A stretch of 64,000 bases of DNA from Eutreptiella sp. 'Long Island Sound 2002' (lineage: Eukaryota > Protista > Euglenida): NCBI GenBank assembly GCA_964036045.1, contig OZ038379.1:30318001-30382000 (forward strand), given 5' to 3'. Positions 12,051 to 23,654 of this stretch are shown here, in pieces (within the stretch, counting starts at the first letter, position 1; each line of letters begins with the position of its first letter). The position numbers were made by a program, and so were the translations under genes. Below the pieces are notes generated by a model. It did not search any database and was not told where the DNA came from. It saw only the letters and a list, made by a program, of their open reading frames with translations.

Positions 12051-13620
12051 GGCGTCGTGGGGTAAGCTCAGTACCGAGGACAGAACACAGACACTGACAG
12101 GGCACATAGTGGGATGTCCCATCTGTGGGGCTGATGAGGACAATTTGCATTTCTTGCTTCACTGCTCACTGATCAAAGTGGCAGCCGACTGTATTAACAA
12201 GGCTCTGGGCTGTTACATTGATGTGCATGGCATTTCACACTCAATTTTGCAATTTGCTAGCACACATGAGGGAGACACCCTCGCAACCCTGCCGGGTAAA
12301 GTGTTGTGGACAGCACGACAGGCAAGGTGGGTCACACGTTGCCTTTTCCGCTTTAATACGTTGCCTGACACGCCTAATACCACACATTTTTGTCTGTATG
12401 GGCTCAAAAGCTGATGGAGCTGGCCAAGTGGCCAGGTGCTAGGGGTCTTTCCTCTTATTTTCGATCTTTACGCTATGCAGTGCTGGAGCTCCTTCACACT
12501 GGCACACTAATACTGAGAATTTTTATGGGAGATTGGTTTTTTGCCTAGCAGGGTAACCAGAGGGCTAAAAGACGCAAACTCAATAAGGAGGCAAGGGTGG
12601 CTCCGGTACTGGCCGAGCTACAACCATATTTATCTGGAGAGTGGCTAGTTTTTTTACACAGATGGGTCCTCTGTAAAAATGGACCTGGTGGGATGGGTGG
12701 GAGGCTTTGGTGTCTACTGCCCGCAGCTTAGGATTAAGTGCGCCATGCCGAACCCGGGCGGAGAGAGGCAGACGAATAACGCTGCCGAACTATTTGCGGT
12801 GCTTTGGGTCTTGGAACACTTCACTACAGGCAGAATTTTGATTGCGTTGGATAGCAAGATTGTAAATGACGCCATCAAGGGGGGGGTGCAAAAATGGAAA
12901 GACAACGGCTGGAGGTGCTCGACAGGACCCGTGGGTAATGTGCACTGCTGGTCGGCCCTGCTACAGTTTTTGAACATGCCAGGGAGGGAGCTCAGAACGG
13001 TGTTACTCCCGTCTCACTGTGATATCAGAGGCAATGAACTTGCCAATGACCTTGCTGAATTGGGTAGGAGTCGCAACCCATTGAATGTAACACACACACA
13101 GAGAATGCAGTGCAGAGCAGAGATCCTCAATGAAACTCCGTTGCCTGGTAGGCAGCGACCCTGCTCGGGGTCTGCAGCTACGCCAGCCCAGCCAGATTTT
13201 GATACTGATTTTTACATTGATGTGGACCTAGGGGCAGACTCAGGCATCTGGGGCACACCGATGCCCCCAGACGATCAGGATTTCATTCTCACAGTGGATG
13301 AACCGGAAGAGGAGTTGCCGGTGGCCAGAAGGTTGTTCCTGTAGCGACAGCCTCAACGGGCGGGAACCTGTGGGCCTTTTGCTAATTTGGCGGGCTGCTA
13401 GACACCTTTTGCCCATGGAAGCTGTTGCAGTGGATGTGTTATTACACATGTGTGTGTACAAGGAATGCTCTTCACCTTTCCTGTGCCCTCAACCATGGAC
13501 TCGTCAAGTCCTGGATAACAGGTGATAGAGTGGCATCGCCGGGCGGGTGCCAAGTGGCTTTTTGCCCCACGGGGGCGAGTCAACAGGCGCCCTTTGCCCA
13601 CGGAAGCCCCTATCGTCGAC
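12051..13620 (+). mobile_element. 5'-truncated non-LTR retrotransposon (LINE): zf-RVT-type Cys/His knuckle, C-terminal RNase H and 3' UTR with two hairpin motifs
   Basis: CPICGADEDNLHFLLHC...LWTARQARW at ~12115-12330. RNase H motifs follow (next feature). The element begins abruptly inside the 85-bp array. Confidence 0.85.
12649..13344 (+). CDS. Retroelement RNase H domain (RNase HI type) with acidic C-terminal tail
   Basis: FYTDGS (12652-12669), QTNNAAEL, ALDSK, WKDNGW, SH.DIRGNELANDLA. Disconnected from upstream ORF2 by a poly-T frameshift and stops. Confidence 0.9.
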   Translation, partial: FFYTDGSSVKMDLVGWVGGFGVYCPQLRIKCAMPNPGGERQTNNAAELFAVLWVLEHFTTGRILIALDSKIVNDAIKGGVQKWKDNGWRCSTGPVGNVHCWSALLQFLNMPGRELRTVLLPSHCDIRGNELANDLAELGRSRNPLNVTHTQRMQCRAEILNETPLPGRQRPCSGSAATPAQPDFDTDFYIDVDLGADSGIWGTPMPPDDQDFILTVDEPEEELPVARRLFL

Positions 13621-13668
13621 AAAACAGTCATAAGGCCAAACAAGTCTGATCTACTGTGCTGATAACAT

Positions 13669-13742
13669 CGCTTCGTAGGACGGTGGCTATAGCACACATC
13701 TTCCATCCCGTGGAGGTGGGTTCGAACCCCGGGGGGGATTGC
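13669..13742 (+). pseudogene. tRNA-derived element (degenerate tRNA, probable SINE head)
   Basis: A-box-like TAGGACGGTGG and B-box GGTTCGAACCC at tRNA spacing; acceptor and anticodon stems are broken. Confidence 0.7.
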
Positions 13743-13981
13743 GACCCACCGAACATCCCGAAGAACCCTTTATTTGAACTGCCAAGTCTAGAATGTCGGC
13801 GGATAGAGTGGCCTCGCCGGGCGGGTGCCCGGTGGCTTTTTGCCCAGGAGGGCCAGTCACCAGGCGCCTTTTGCCCACAGAGCCATGCATACGCCATCTC
13901 CTCTTTGTATTGAATGTTTGACTTAGCGGTGTGTATTGGCGGTTCTGCAGGTATAGTACTAAAGTGGTTATTGGGGTACCC

Positions 13982-14053
13982 ATCGCCGTAGTACAACGGT
14001 CGTGCGCTTGCCTCGAGGGCCGGGGAGCGTTGGTTCGAGCCCCGGTACGGGCG
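13982..14053 (+). pseudogene. Second tRNA-derived element (degenerate)
   Basis: A-box-like TAGTACAACGGT (13989) and B-box GGTTCGAGCCC (14032); stems imperfect. Confidence 0.6.
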
Positions 14054-14489
14054 GCTGGTATGGGCGCCAGGCATGGTGTGCGGCGTAGCTTGCCGTGGCT
14101 TGAAATGCGTCGTAGGTGAGTTGTCCTCATAGAATACTTGGGTATCATCGGGTAAGGTATTTTTTCGGGGTGCGGTACATATATATGGGACGACAGAGGG
14201 TGGCGGAACCGACTGAATTTGTTGTGTTTCTGTGCCGTGTGGCGCCGATTGGTCGGAGCGCCGTGGTTACACTCTTCTTTCATGACAGGTCTGAACTTCA
14301 TAACGTATTGAGTACATTGTTTTGTATACACTTTAATGTGTTGCTAACGTAGGTGTGCACAATGTATGCCGAGGCATAACGGTGCTCGCTTCTGGTGAGT
14401 GACGAAGTCGCCTGACCCATCTTGTATGTTAGCTTCCAGCATTGTGTACATAGCATTACATTGCACTGAATTGGAGTAATGATGTGATA

Positions 14490-14895
14490 GGCCTGCCGCC
14501 TTGGGGGTCCCCACTGCTTCAGAACGGGGGGCAGAATCAGAAATGGCCCACAAGTGGGCAAGGTGGCTACATAACCCCAGCCGCTTGGGGGGTCCCCACC
14601 GCTTCAGAGCGGGGGGCAGAATCAGAAATGGCCCAAAAGTGGGCAAGGTGGCTACATAACCCCTGCCGTCTGGAGGGTCCCCACCGCTTCAGAGCGGGGG
14701 GCAGAATCAAAAAAGGCCCACAAGTGGGCATGGTGGCTACATAACCCCTGCCGTTTGGGGGGTCCCCACCGCTTCAGAGCGGGTGGCAGAATCAGAAGTG
14801 GCCCACAAGTGGGCAAGATGGCTACATAACCCCTGCCGCCTTGGGGTTCCCCAACGCTTCAAAGCGGGGGGCACAATCAGAAGTGGCCCACAAGC
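14490..14895. repeat. 85-bp tandem repeat array, right part (~5 units)
   Basis: Same unit as 11295-12050; anchors at 14556, 14641, 14726 and 14811. Confidence 0.96.
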
Positions 14896-17800
14896 CGAAC
14901 CCCACCAATTTTTTTTGGGCTCCCTCCATCCCTTAACCCGGTACCGCCCCTTCGTACTCCCGCCGTACACCTCCCGTACCCCCTCCCCGCCGTACCCGCC
15001 CCCGTACCCCCCGCCCTGTCCCGCCCCCCCCGTGTATTCCCTGGACCTCCGAGGTACGGGGGGGGGACTTCTTGCTGTATATGGGAACAACACCCAAGGA
15101 TGGGTCATTGTGACCTCTATAGAGACTCACATAGTACCGCGTGTATTGTGGGTTGCCAACGTGCTCGTCAAGTAGGATCAAGTGCCGTCGTCAAAGCTCT
15201 CCGTGTCGATCAAGTTCAGCATGCTTGCCGGGCGTTAGGGAAGTTCGACATGGAGAGCTGTCCCGGTGCATAACTGGGTCAGGATTGACAAATAGTTGCG
15301 GATAGGAACCGCACTAGCAGGCAGTGTGTGCTGCAGATCATGGACCAAGGCAATAGGTTGTGCATGTAACGTGGTTTGCAGGAGCGTGACGAAGCCGGAG
15401 TGGTGGGACCAGAAAATTTGATGCAGCCCCATCTTCAAGGGCGACGTGACATGGAGGAGATTGTGGGACTTGTGTACTTTGGACTTGTTGAGTTCCATCC
15501 CCTCGGCAGGGGCAACGAACTTTAGGCACGTGTGTCAATTGTTTTGACCCTGGAATCATTTGGCAGGAAGAGGCTGCACCACAGGGTGCACGGGGGCGTT
15601 AGAACCGTATTCAACAGTTGCACACGCACACGGGAACCGGGTTAGGGTGTATGTCATGGGAGAGTAGACACAAGCGTTGGACCAAATTGCAAAGCATCCA
15701 CTACGGGGGGATGGGGGAGGTGGGCACACTGTACCAAGGGCAGCTGTATGTTCTTGCGGGCATGTTGCTTTTTCGAGGGTTGCTCGCGCAGACATTGCGA
15801 CGTGTGTCCTCATGATGAGGAGGATGCATGCTGTCGGCAAGTCGCAGTGGTGCCTTTGCTGTTGTTGGCCGGGTCGGTGGCAGTGGCAGTAGGTTGCTCG
15901 CCGTTTGTCTCCATCATAGCACCGCGTGAATACATATTCTGCAGGCGCTGTGATGTACGTTACCAGGGTGGGTGGTACACAGCAGTGCGTACAGGAGCAA
16001 CAAGTAGCAGCCGTGCGAGAGGCTGTATTCATAGGTATGCCGTTTGCTTGCATTAGCACACAATGGGATGAGGTAGGTGACGAGTGAGGGGGCCGATGCT
16101 GCATAGTTGACCTAGCGGGTGTACCGATGAACACAAGCCCTCCCGTGGCCGTCCTGCATGGTTGGTGTCGTCACCACCTTTTGTAATCACTTTTTATGTG
16201 TCTTTTCAGTGGTAGGTGTTGCATTGTGAAAGGCAAGGGCCGTGGCTATCAAGCGATGATTTTCTTCATGCATGGCCTCAAGCCATGTCGTCCTTGATGT
16301 TAGTGTAAAGTAGTCCTTGAACCTACCACCAACATGGTCTCATTGCAATTCATAAGATGGGGTGCTATGACGACTCAACCAGGGAATCAAGGTACTACAG
16401 GGGTGAGACGCTTGGGGGACCAAGAGGCACAACAATAGCCAACAACGGCGGCACTGAATACATTGACAACATGGCGGCAACTGGATGTGTGGCCACCGAC
16501 TCGATATGAGGGCATGTGACATCATTTGTGACATGCTCGCACAACTAGAATGGATCTTGAGTCATTGTTATTAATCCAAGGCGCGCATGCCGCGAAAAAG
16601 TTGCAACATCGAGGCTATGATGCACAGCGCGTAGTGGAAATTGTGATTTTTTGGGGACCTACCCCCACTTTTCCCCATAAATTGGTCTTGCAGAGGCAAA
16701 TAGATGTAACTTTTAAAGGAGTATACTGAACGTCATGGCTGCGCTTGTGCGGCAGCCACCACATGCTTTGGGTACGCTGGCCATGGGGGCATATGCGCTA
16801 GGATGGCAGTGGACCCCCGTGGGATCACACATCCTTTCAGTGTCCACTGTGGCCCGTCCACCATGGCACTACATGTCGCCATCGTCTCGTCCGTTGCATG
16901 CAACGGAAAGTTGCATTCAGTAGCAGTGGCTGGCCAATCGGGAACTATAACAAGACATGATCACGGACCGCTTAGCCTACGCCTCACGGCCTACGGGCAC
17001 ACCTACATCGTGCCTACCGCTGTATCTGTGAGTCCCTCGAGTCCCTCCCCAAGTTACACTAAACTGACATTTAGGGAGAGAGTGGCAGGGCACCAGTGCC
17101 ATGCACTCCATGGGGTTGGCAAAGTAAGAGGCCACCTGATCATGTTGCCACGCTATCCACTATTGCCACCGACGCTTTCCGCGGTGATATTGGCATGGTA
17201 CACCAATTTGCGCCCTCAACAGGTCCAACTGAACCCTATGGACACCACCCTACACGACCCTGTCTGGTATACCCTAGGACAGAGCTATCCTTGCCCTCAT
17301 GAGACACTACCAAAGTTGGTGGCAACATTTTGCAAAGCTGCTCATACTGGGCGTCAACATGGCACCTCCGAAATGCAGGTGTGAGCGGTTAAATACCTCA
17401 ATCTATTGCCCAACATCCCACCATGTCCACCCAGACTACCCATGCGACATGCTACCTTGCACGACCGCGGCTCAGACCCCAACAAAATACCCTTGATGCT
17501 GCCACCGCTGCTGCGCATCATGACCATGGGTAACAAGTTGCGTGGTCCCATGGGGCAGTCCACTCTGTATTGGCACGCTTGGTTAGTTGTCTATCCACCC
17601 TTGAAGCTGACCAAGCAGCACAAGGACTCCATTTGAGGCCAATATGCGGCAAGGACGGTGTACTCAAGCTCTCGCGCCACGGGAGTGCCGGGGCTGCGGG
17701 CTCTCGTTGATATGAGGCAGCCATTCCTTTCAATGAGGTCAGGCTGAGTAAGAGACTGAGTGTGGCCATGACCATTATCCCCCGTCTCCACCATCTACCC

Positions 17801-18538
17801 CAGGTGATGCATATGAAGACAACCCACACCACCACATTGCTATGGATGAGACCTTACTTTTAGAGGAGAGAAACGGAAGTCGACCGCACATTGTGGTGCA
17901 ACCAGGAAGCTGGTACTGGTAACCCCCCCCCCAAACAAAACGGGCCTCCCGGGGACCCGCTCCATTGAGGTATAGCGGGCCCAAAACAAATTGAGGGCTT
18001 TGGGAGATGAAAGCTAAGGGGGGGGCGTCCCTGGGTTTAGGGTTAAACAACATAGGGGCGGTTTTTCGAAAACTCGAGAACCCCTTCTCGGAACCCTTCT
18101 CGGGACTCTTAGGCTTACCTTCGTGATCAGAAAGGGGTTCTCGAAATGACTTCTCAGGGGGGTTCATGATAAGAAATGGGTTCCCAAAATGACTTCTCAC
18201 GGGGAGGGTTTGATTTGGTGTCGGTGTCCATCGCTTGTCCACTTTCGTCTCCTTTGCACCTTTGGTCCATTAGTTAGCCCCATGCACGTGCCCCCCGTCA
18301 TTGGTCGTTGGTTGCGTGAAGTTAATGATCGCTTGGGCACCCGTCCTACTGCCGCCGCCCCTACCGAAGTAGAGGAGACCATCCGTATCGACGGGCTACC
18401 CACGAGGGACAAGTTCAATCCGGGGACTGTGTTGGGGCGAATCGAGGCGCTGCGCAGTGTTCTTCGAGAGACGGAGCCCGGGCTCGTAGTGACTTAGTTC
18501 ACACCACCGTCACGCTCAAGCCTACACTTTGGGCCGTT

Positions 18539-19974
18539 TTGATCCACCTCAATAGTGCACACGTTGCGAGCCTTGTTGCGGGGATCTTGCCGCACGTTCC
18601 AAAGCCGAAAGACAAGGCCAAGGGAAAGGAACCCACCGGTTGGGCTCACGAGGATGTGGTGTATTGGATTGGAGAGGATGCGGAGGATTGTGTGCTTTTC
18701 GCAAGCACCAAGCCGAGCCCCTCGGAGATGACACGTCGTGCTTTTGGCAGTGCTCCAATTGGTCACAAGGATCGTGTATTGCCGGCCTCCAAGATGTACA
18801 CCTTTCGGGTTCGGAGTTTGGCAACCAATTCCGGACTTGCCTTTGCGGATCCGGTGGAGGTCATTACCCCCCCATCCCATATGGCGGGGAAATTTGTGGC
18901 ACTACCAAGGCAATGTCCGTTGCCATGGGTTGGGGTGGGAGACCCACCCACGGTTGGTGTATCGCGCTCCAAATTCACCTTCAACGAAGACCCAAGCAAA
19001 TTGGATGGGAGGGCACTCTTGTTGTGGAAAGGAGTGGTGCCCATGGAAATGCTGCATAAGGTTGTGGAAGCCCCTGAAACTCGACCAGGCAACACTTGGG
19101 GTCCCGTATTCAATGACTTTCTCGGGGTTCACCGCGGTCCGGACTCGGACAATTGAAGCATCCTAGGATGTTTGCGCTACGACTTCCTGATGTTGACCTA
19201 GAAGAATCGGGTGTTGGATACCATGAATGTGAGGCCCTCATGTCATTCGCAAGCTTCGTTCTCGGCTTGTTCAACAACACAAGGAGTGGGGACCACAAGG
19301 GGTACCAAGCGGCCGCAATAGGTGCGAAGGGGCGTGAAATACAATCCTACCATCGCGACATGATGAAGGTTCTTGATGGGAAGAGGGTGGTGTTCGTCTT
19401 TGTGGCCTTGGACGAGGACTTGTATTCCGTTCATGGCACCGACAACGTCTTCTTGCCACATAGCCGTGAGGGTTTGCCCCGTCCATGGGACCCTATTCCC
19501 ATCCCGCTGCGACACGGTGACTTTTTCGTCTTGTCCAGCGACTTAGTCTCCGCGGGCAGGTGTACACTTCTTTCCAAGCCTGCGTCATGGTGGAGACGAG
19601 TGCTTTTCTTGGGCATTGCCACGATTCCCGTCACTTACTCGTACACGGTCGGAGTTCGCGTTCCGTGTTGGGGTTTGAAGGAACGCCGCGACGTTGATGG
19701 GCCAAAGCGTTGTAGTATCTCGGGTTGTCGGAAGAAAGGCGCGAAGGATAGCTTCAGTTGTGGGGTGCCGAGGCTCTGTGCCATTCATGAGGGAGAGCTG
19801 TGCCCGGCGTGCTCGCAGGTTAGTGTTGGTAGTAAGGCGAGTGAGGCGGCTAGTGCTCCTCGGGGCGCTGGGGTTTCCAGTTGGGGTCACTTGTTTGCTT
19901 CTCTCCTGACCTCCACACTGCACCTTGCCTTGCACCCCCTGCCAGCACCCTCCCAACCCTTTTCGACCAGATGA
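18539..19974 (+). pseudogene. Frameshifted gene: PhyH-like 2OG-Fe(II) dioxygenase domain plus C-terminal Cys-rich zinc finger
   Basis: ORFs 18539-19156 and 19153-19974 join to give LLWKGVVP...WGPVFND...QSYHRD...VFVALDED...GT...LPHS...LRHGDFFVLSSDLVSAG...RRVLF, then CSISGC...C...LCAIH...CPAC. Confidence 0.7.
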
Positions 19975-22545
19975 TCATTGTAATGTCAAGTGGGATGAGT
20001 GCCTGCTCGGGTCATGGGCACACGAGGACTAGACATGGGAGTCAGCCAAGGACCAGAAACATCACGGTTAGTAGGGTTCCTCCTGGGTACATCATAGCAC
20101 GGAGGTGCCAATTTGTTGGCTTCGGCATGGGTCGAGACGACGAGCTGGCCTCCATCGTGCGCTCGGACATGGGACATCCACTGCAGCCAATGCTGGACCC
20201 CCGCACGGGGCTGATGTGTGGCTGACTAACAGAGACATCAAAGAACGGAGCCTACTGGTGCAGATGCAGGCAGGTATTGACTGTACTGGCTTGCTCTGCT
20301 GCCCTGTGCCTGACATGCTATACCGGAGGGTTTGTGGTGCTTTTTAGTGCTGAACATCGGTCTGCCATGCAATTAGGAAGTGCGCCACGAAGGTGCTTTG
20401 CGAAGGGGTTCCTGATCAGAAGGTCGGCTCAGAAGTGCGTCTGAGGAGGGGTTGCTGATTAGAGAGGGGTTCTCAATTTGGGTTCCTGATAGTGTTTCTG
20501 ATCACATCCCACAATCCCCTGCATTCTCTGTCACACCGGTTCGCCCATGTAGGTCACTGTTGACGTCTCGCCGACACTGGTGGTGGATCAGCAAGCATTC
20601 ATGGGCGATGGGCCTGCAGCACAGGATGTACCATAAGGGCAGCAAGTGCCCCAGACACATGTACCACCGGTGTCTAGCATAGAACATTGCAAGAGAGAGC
20701 AATCATCTTCCATCACCGGGGGCAATTTTGGGGGATACCCGGCGAGGTGCGTGCGATATGCCTCGGTGGGGTCGCTTCCCCCATTTTAGATACGGCTGGG
20801 TACGACCCCCGGAAAACCGCTCGGAAGTTTTGGCATCCAGCTCGCGCCCCAAAATGCAACCAATTTCGCTTGGAATGTTCTAGGGACCCTCCGGCCGAGG
20901 TTCCATGGAACGCTCGGAAGAAATTTTGGCGGCATCTGTGGAACCTTAACCTATTGGATCGTTAGTCAGATGCTTGGTGCCTGCTTTGCTTGCAAGGTGG
21001 TCCATGAACAAAGATGTTGCAAAGGTTGGGGGGCTACAGGATTGTGTATAGCGACCAAATTGGCCATCAGACCTCAGAGATCACCCTTTTAGGGACCACC
21101 ATTACCCACCGCATAAACCCACCTACCCCACCCCTTGTCATGATGCACTACATCAAACCCCCTCCCCCTTCTAAGACCCACATCAGACATTCCACTGGAA
21201 CATGACCCCCGCCCCACAGACACACATTCGTCAGAACCCCCCCCCCTTCCCCCCCCCTTGGCTCTTTGCATGCTTCCATCCCCCAGTCTTGGGTGCTTTC
21301 ATGCACCCCCCCCCCCCCCTGAAAACAAGTGTCCTGGAAAGTATGGAAACCCGCCGTTTGATTGAATTTCATTCCCGCCCCATTGATAGAACATGTAAAA
21401 GCCATGCCGAGAGCATGCACATTGCCACTTGTGTGCTAACCATGGTGTTGGCACACGGGTTGACATACCACAACAACATAGCCACACACCAATTTTAGCC
21501 TTGGTGTTGTGTCATGCTATGCTTGCGTGCCTGTGCGAAGAGGGGAAATTTTTCGGACCCTCCCTCCCTCGCGAAATTTTTTTTTGGTGGGACTACCATC
21601 ACCCATGTCTTGCTTTTAGGCTTGACCTTGGCGTTGTGCTTGAAAGTGTACATCAATTCGTATGTGACTCTTTTGATCTTGGCTGTATGTGTGCTTTGCT
21701 CCCTTTGTTCACCCTGCCCCAGGGCACACACCCCCTCCTGCCCAAGGAAAGCCCCCTCCCCCTGTCAGCCATAGGGTTGGATCTAATTTGCAGGTGGGAT
21801 CTCTGGTAGTGCATGAATTGCAACCTGCTGATTTATCTCGTCCTTAGATCTTCTCGCCGCTGTCTTCTTCAGGCTATAGTCATTGTGCGTTATGCATACT
21901 GGGAAGCGTACGGGCGTGGCAGTCTCCCGCTGCATAACCTGGTTTTAGACTAAGCAAATCCTCACTACGTGTCCAATGCGGTAGCATCGTCATTTGTGGG
22001 ATCATCGTAGCACTGGACAACTCTGAAAGGGTAGGCCACACGAAATGCACGGGGTAAACTTTGTTAGGATAAAATGGCCTCCGCCCTACGTTCTATAACA
22101 GAACGGGCGGAGTCCTCTAGTTAAGCTTGCTTGCTTGGTAGGAGGTTTGTCTGACCTCTTGACAGGTAGTCCCTAAGATCTGTATAATACGGGGAGGGGC
22201 TGTTTGACTGGCTTGTAGGGCAAACCTGCTGTTTGTTATTCTCACAGGTGGGTCAGCGCAAGGGTGATTGGTGCACAAGTGCCCCGGCCAAAAAAGTGGG
22301 CGTTGATCACAAAACAAAATACAACTGGAAGCCCAGGGGGCGCCGGCATAGTGGGCCACGTGGCGCAGAATGTGATAAAAGACCCCTAATGGGGTGCAGG
22401 TCACAGCCCCTTCATATTGCGCACGGTTAGCACGATGCTCCAAGCCCTGGTTGGGGAAACACGTAGTGGCGTCCCCTGTGGGGCCAGGGTTGCTTAGTGG
22501 ATCCGTGTTCTCTCTTGCCATTCTATAAGAGGGGCGCTTAGTCGA

Positions 22546-23100
22546 GCAATTTTGGGGGCTGTGGGGTGTGAAAATAGGTTGAATTTTTGCTCCAAAAGCA
22601 CTCTCATCCACCCACAAGTGCCCGGGGCATTGCAATGCCGCAACCGCATGTGAGTGGATCACACTGCTTTGGGGGCCAAAAATTCAGCCTTTTGGGCACA
22701 GGCCCACGGGCCCCCGGGCCCCAAAAGTCCTCAACTAACCGCCCACTTTTTCTTCTCATGTGGTACCCACATTGTTTTGTGTTTTGAAAGGCGCGGATAG
22801 TCCGGCAATTTTGGGGGCTGTGGGGTGTCGGAATAGCTTCAACCTTGGCTCCAAAAGCATTGTGATCCACTCACAAGTGCCCGGGGCATTGCAATGCTCC
22901 AACCACCTGTGAGTGGATCGCAGCGCTTTGGGGGCCAAAACTGAAACTATTTTGGCACACCATGGGCCCCAAAGGTGCACGACTATCCGCCCCCTTTTTC
23001 TTCTCATGTGATTGTTGTGTTTTGAAAGGGGCGGATAGTTGAGCAACTTTAGGGGCCGTGGGGTGTGAAAGTAGCTTCCATTTTGGCTCCAAAAGCACAC
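22546..23100. repeat. Diverged ~240-260-bp tandem repeat (2.3 copies)
   Basis: gcaattttgggggctgtggggtgt anchor at ~22546, ~22805 and ~23043; shared cacaagtgcccggggcattgcaatg. Confidence 0.85.
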
Positions 23101-23654
23101 TTTCATGGTTCCCTGGTGGCAAATACCGGTATTTCAAACATTTTCAGCATTAGCATTGCCAACAATGTATCTTTGGGTATGGATTCACTCTTCCAATTCA
23201 GGACAAGTATTGTTTTCTTTTTTGCATGTTGCTTTGCTGAGGTCACGTATATGGGTGGACAACATCGCGCTCTCTCAATGTAACAAATTTCAAAGGACAG
23301 TCGCCTTGAATTTTTCGAAGTTGCCCAAAAAGATGCTTGGAAGTTTTGGCAGCCAGCCCGGGACCCAAAGCGCAACCAATATCGCTTGGACACATTTCAG
23401 CCAATCAACCCCGGGTACCTCGAAATAATTTTTGGTGCCGGTTTCCGAAATGTACCGCGTCATACGAGTCCTATTTGGTGTCCATAGGTGCTAAGTGTTT
23501 CCAAAAATACCCTGCAAAATGCCCAGCTTTTTCCTGCTATTTTTTACCTTCTATGCTCTGCGTTCCAGCGCCATGTGATGCAGATCACACGGGTTTGAGC
23601 AGCCCCCATGTGTGTTCGGCGATACCACCGAAGGGATCAGTAAAGATCTAGGCT

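Noticed and set aside
13669-14053. Functional tRNA genes
   Set aside because: A/B boxes are present but acceptor, anticodon and T stems are mismatched; treated as tRNA-derived.
14392-14408. Minimal hammerhead-like core (CTGGTGA..GAAG)
   Set aside because: Both conserved boxes deviate and no stems I/III could be formed.
11295-14895. CRISPR-like appearance of regular repeats
   Set aside because: Whole 85-bp units repeat with no unique spacers; no cas genes; eukaryotic context.
15100-17900. Host gene or retroelement remnant
   Set aside because: Only short unrecognisable ORFs; no supportable call.
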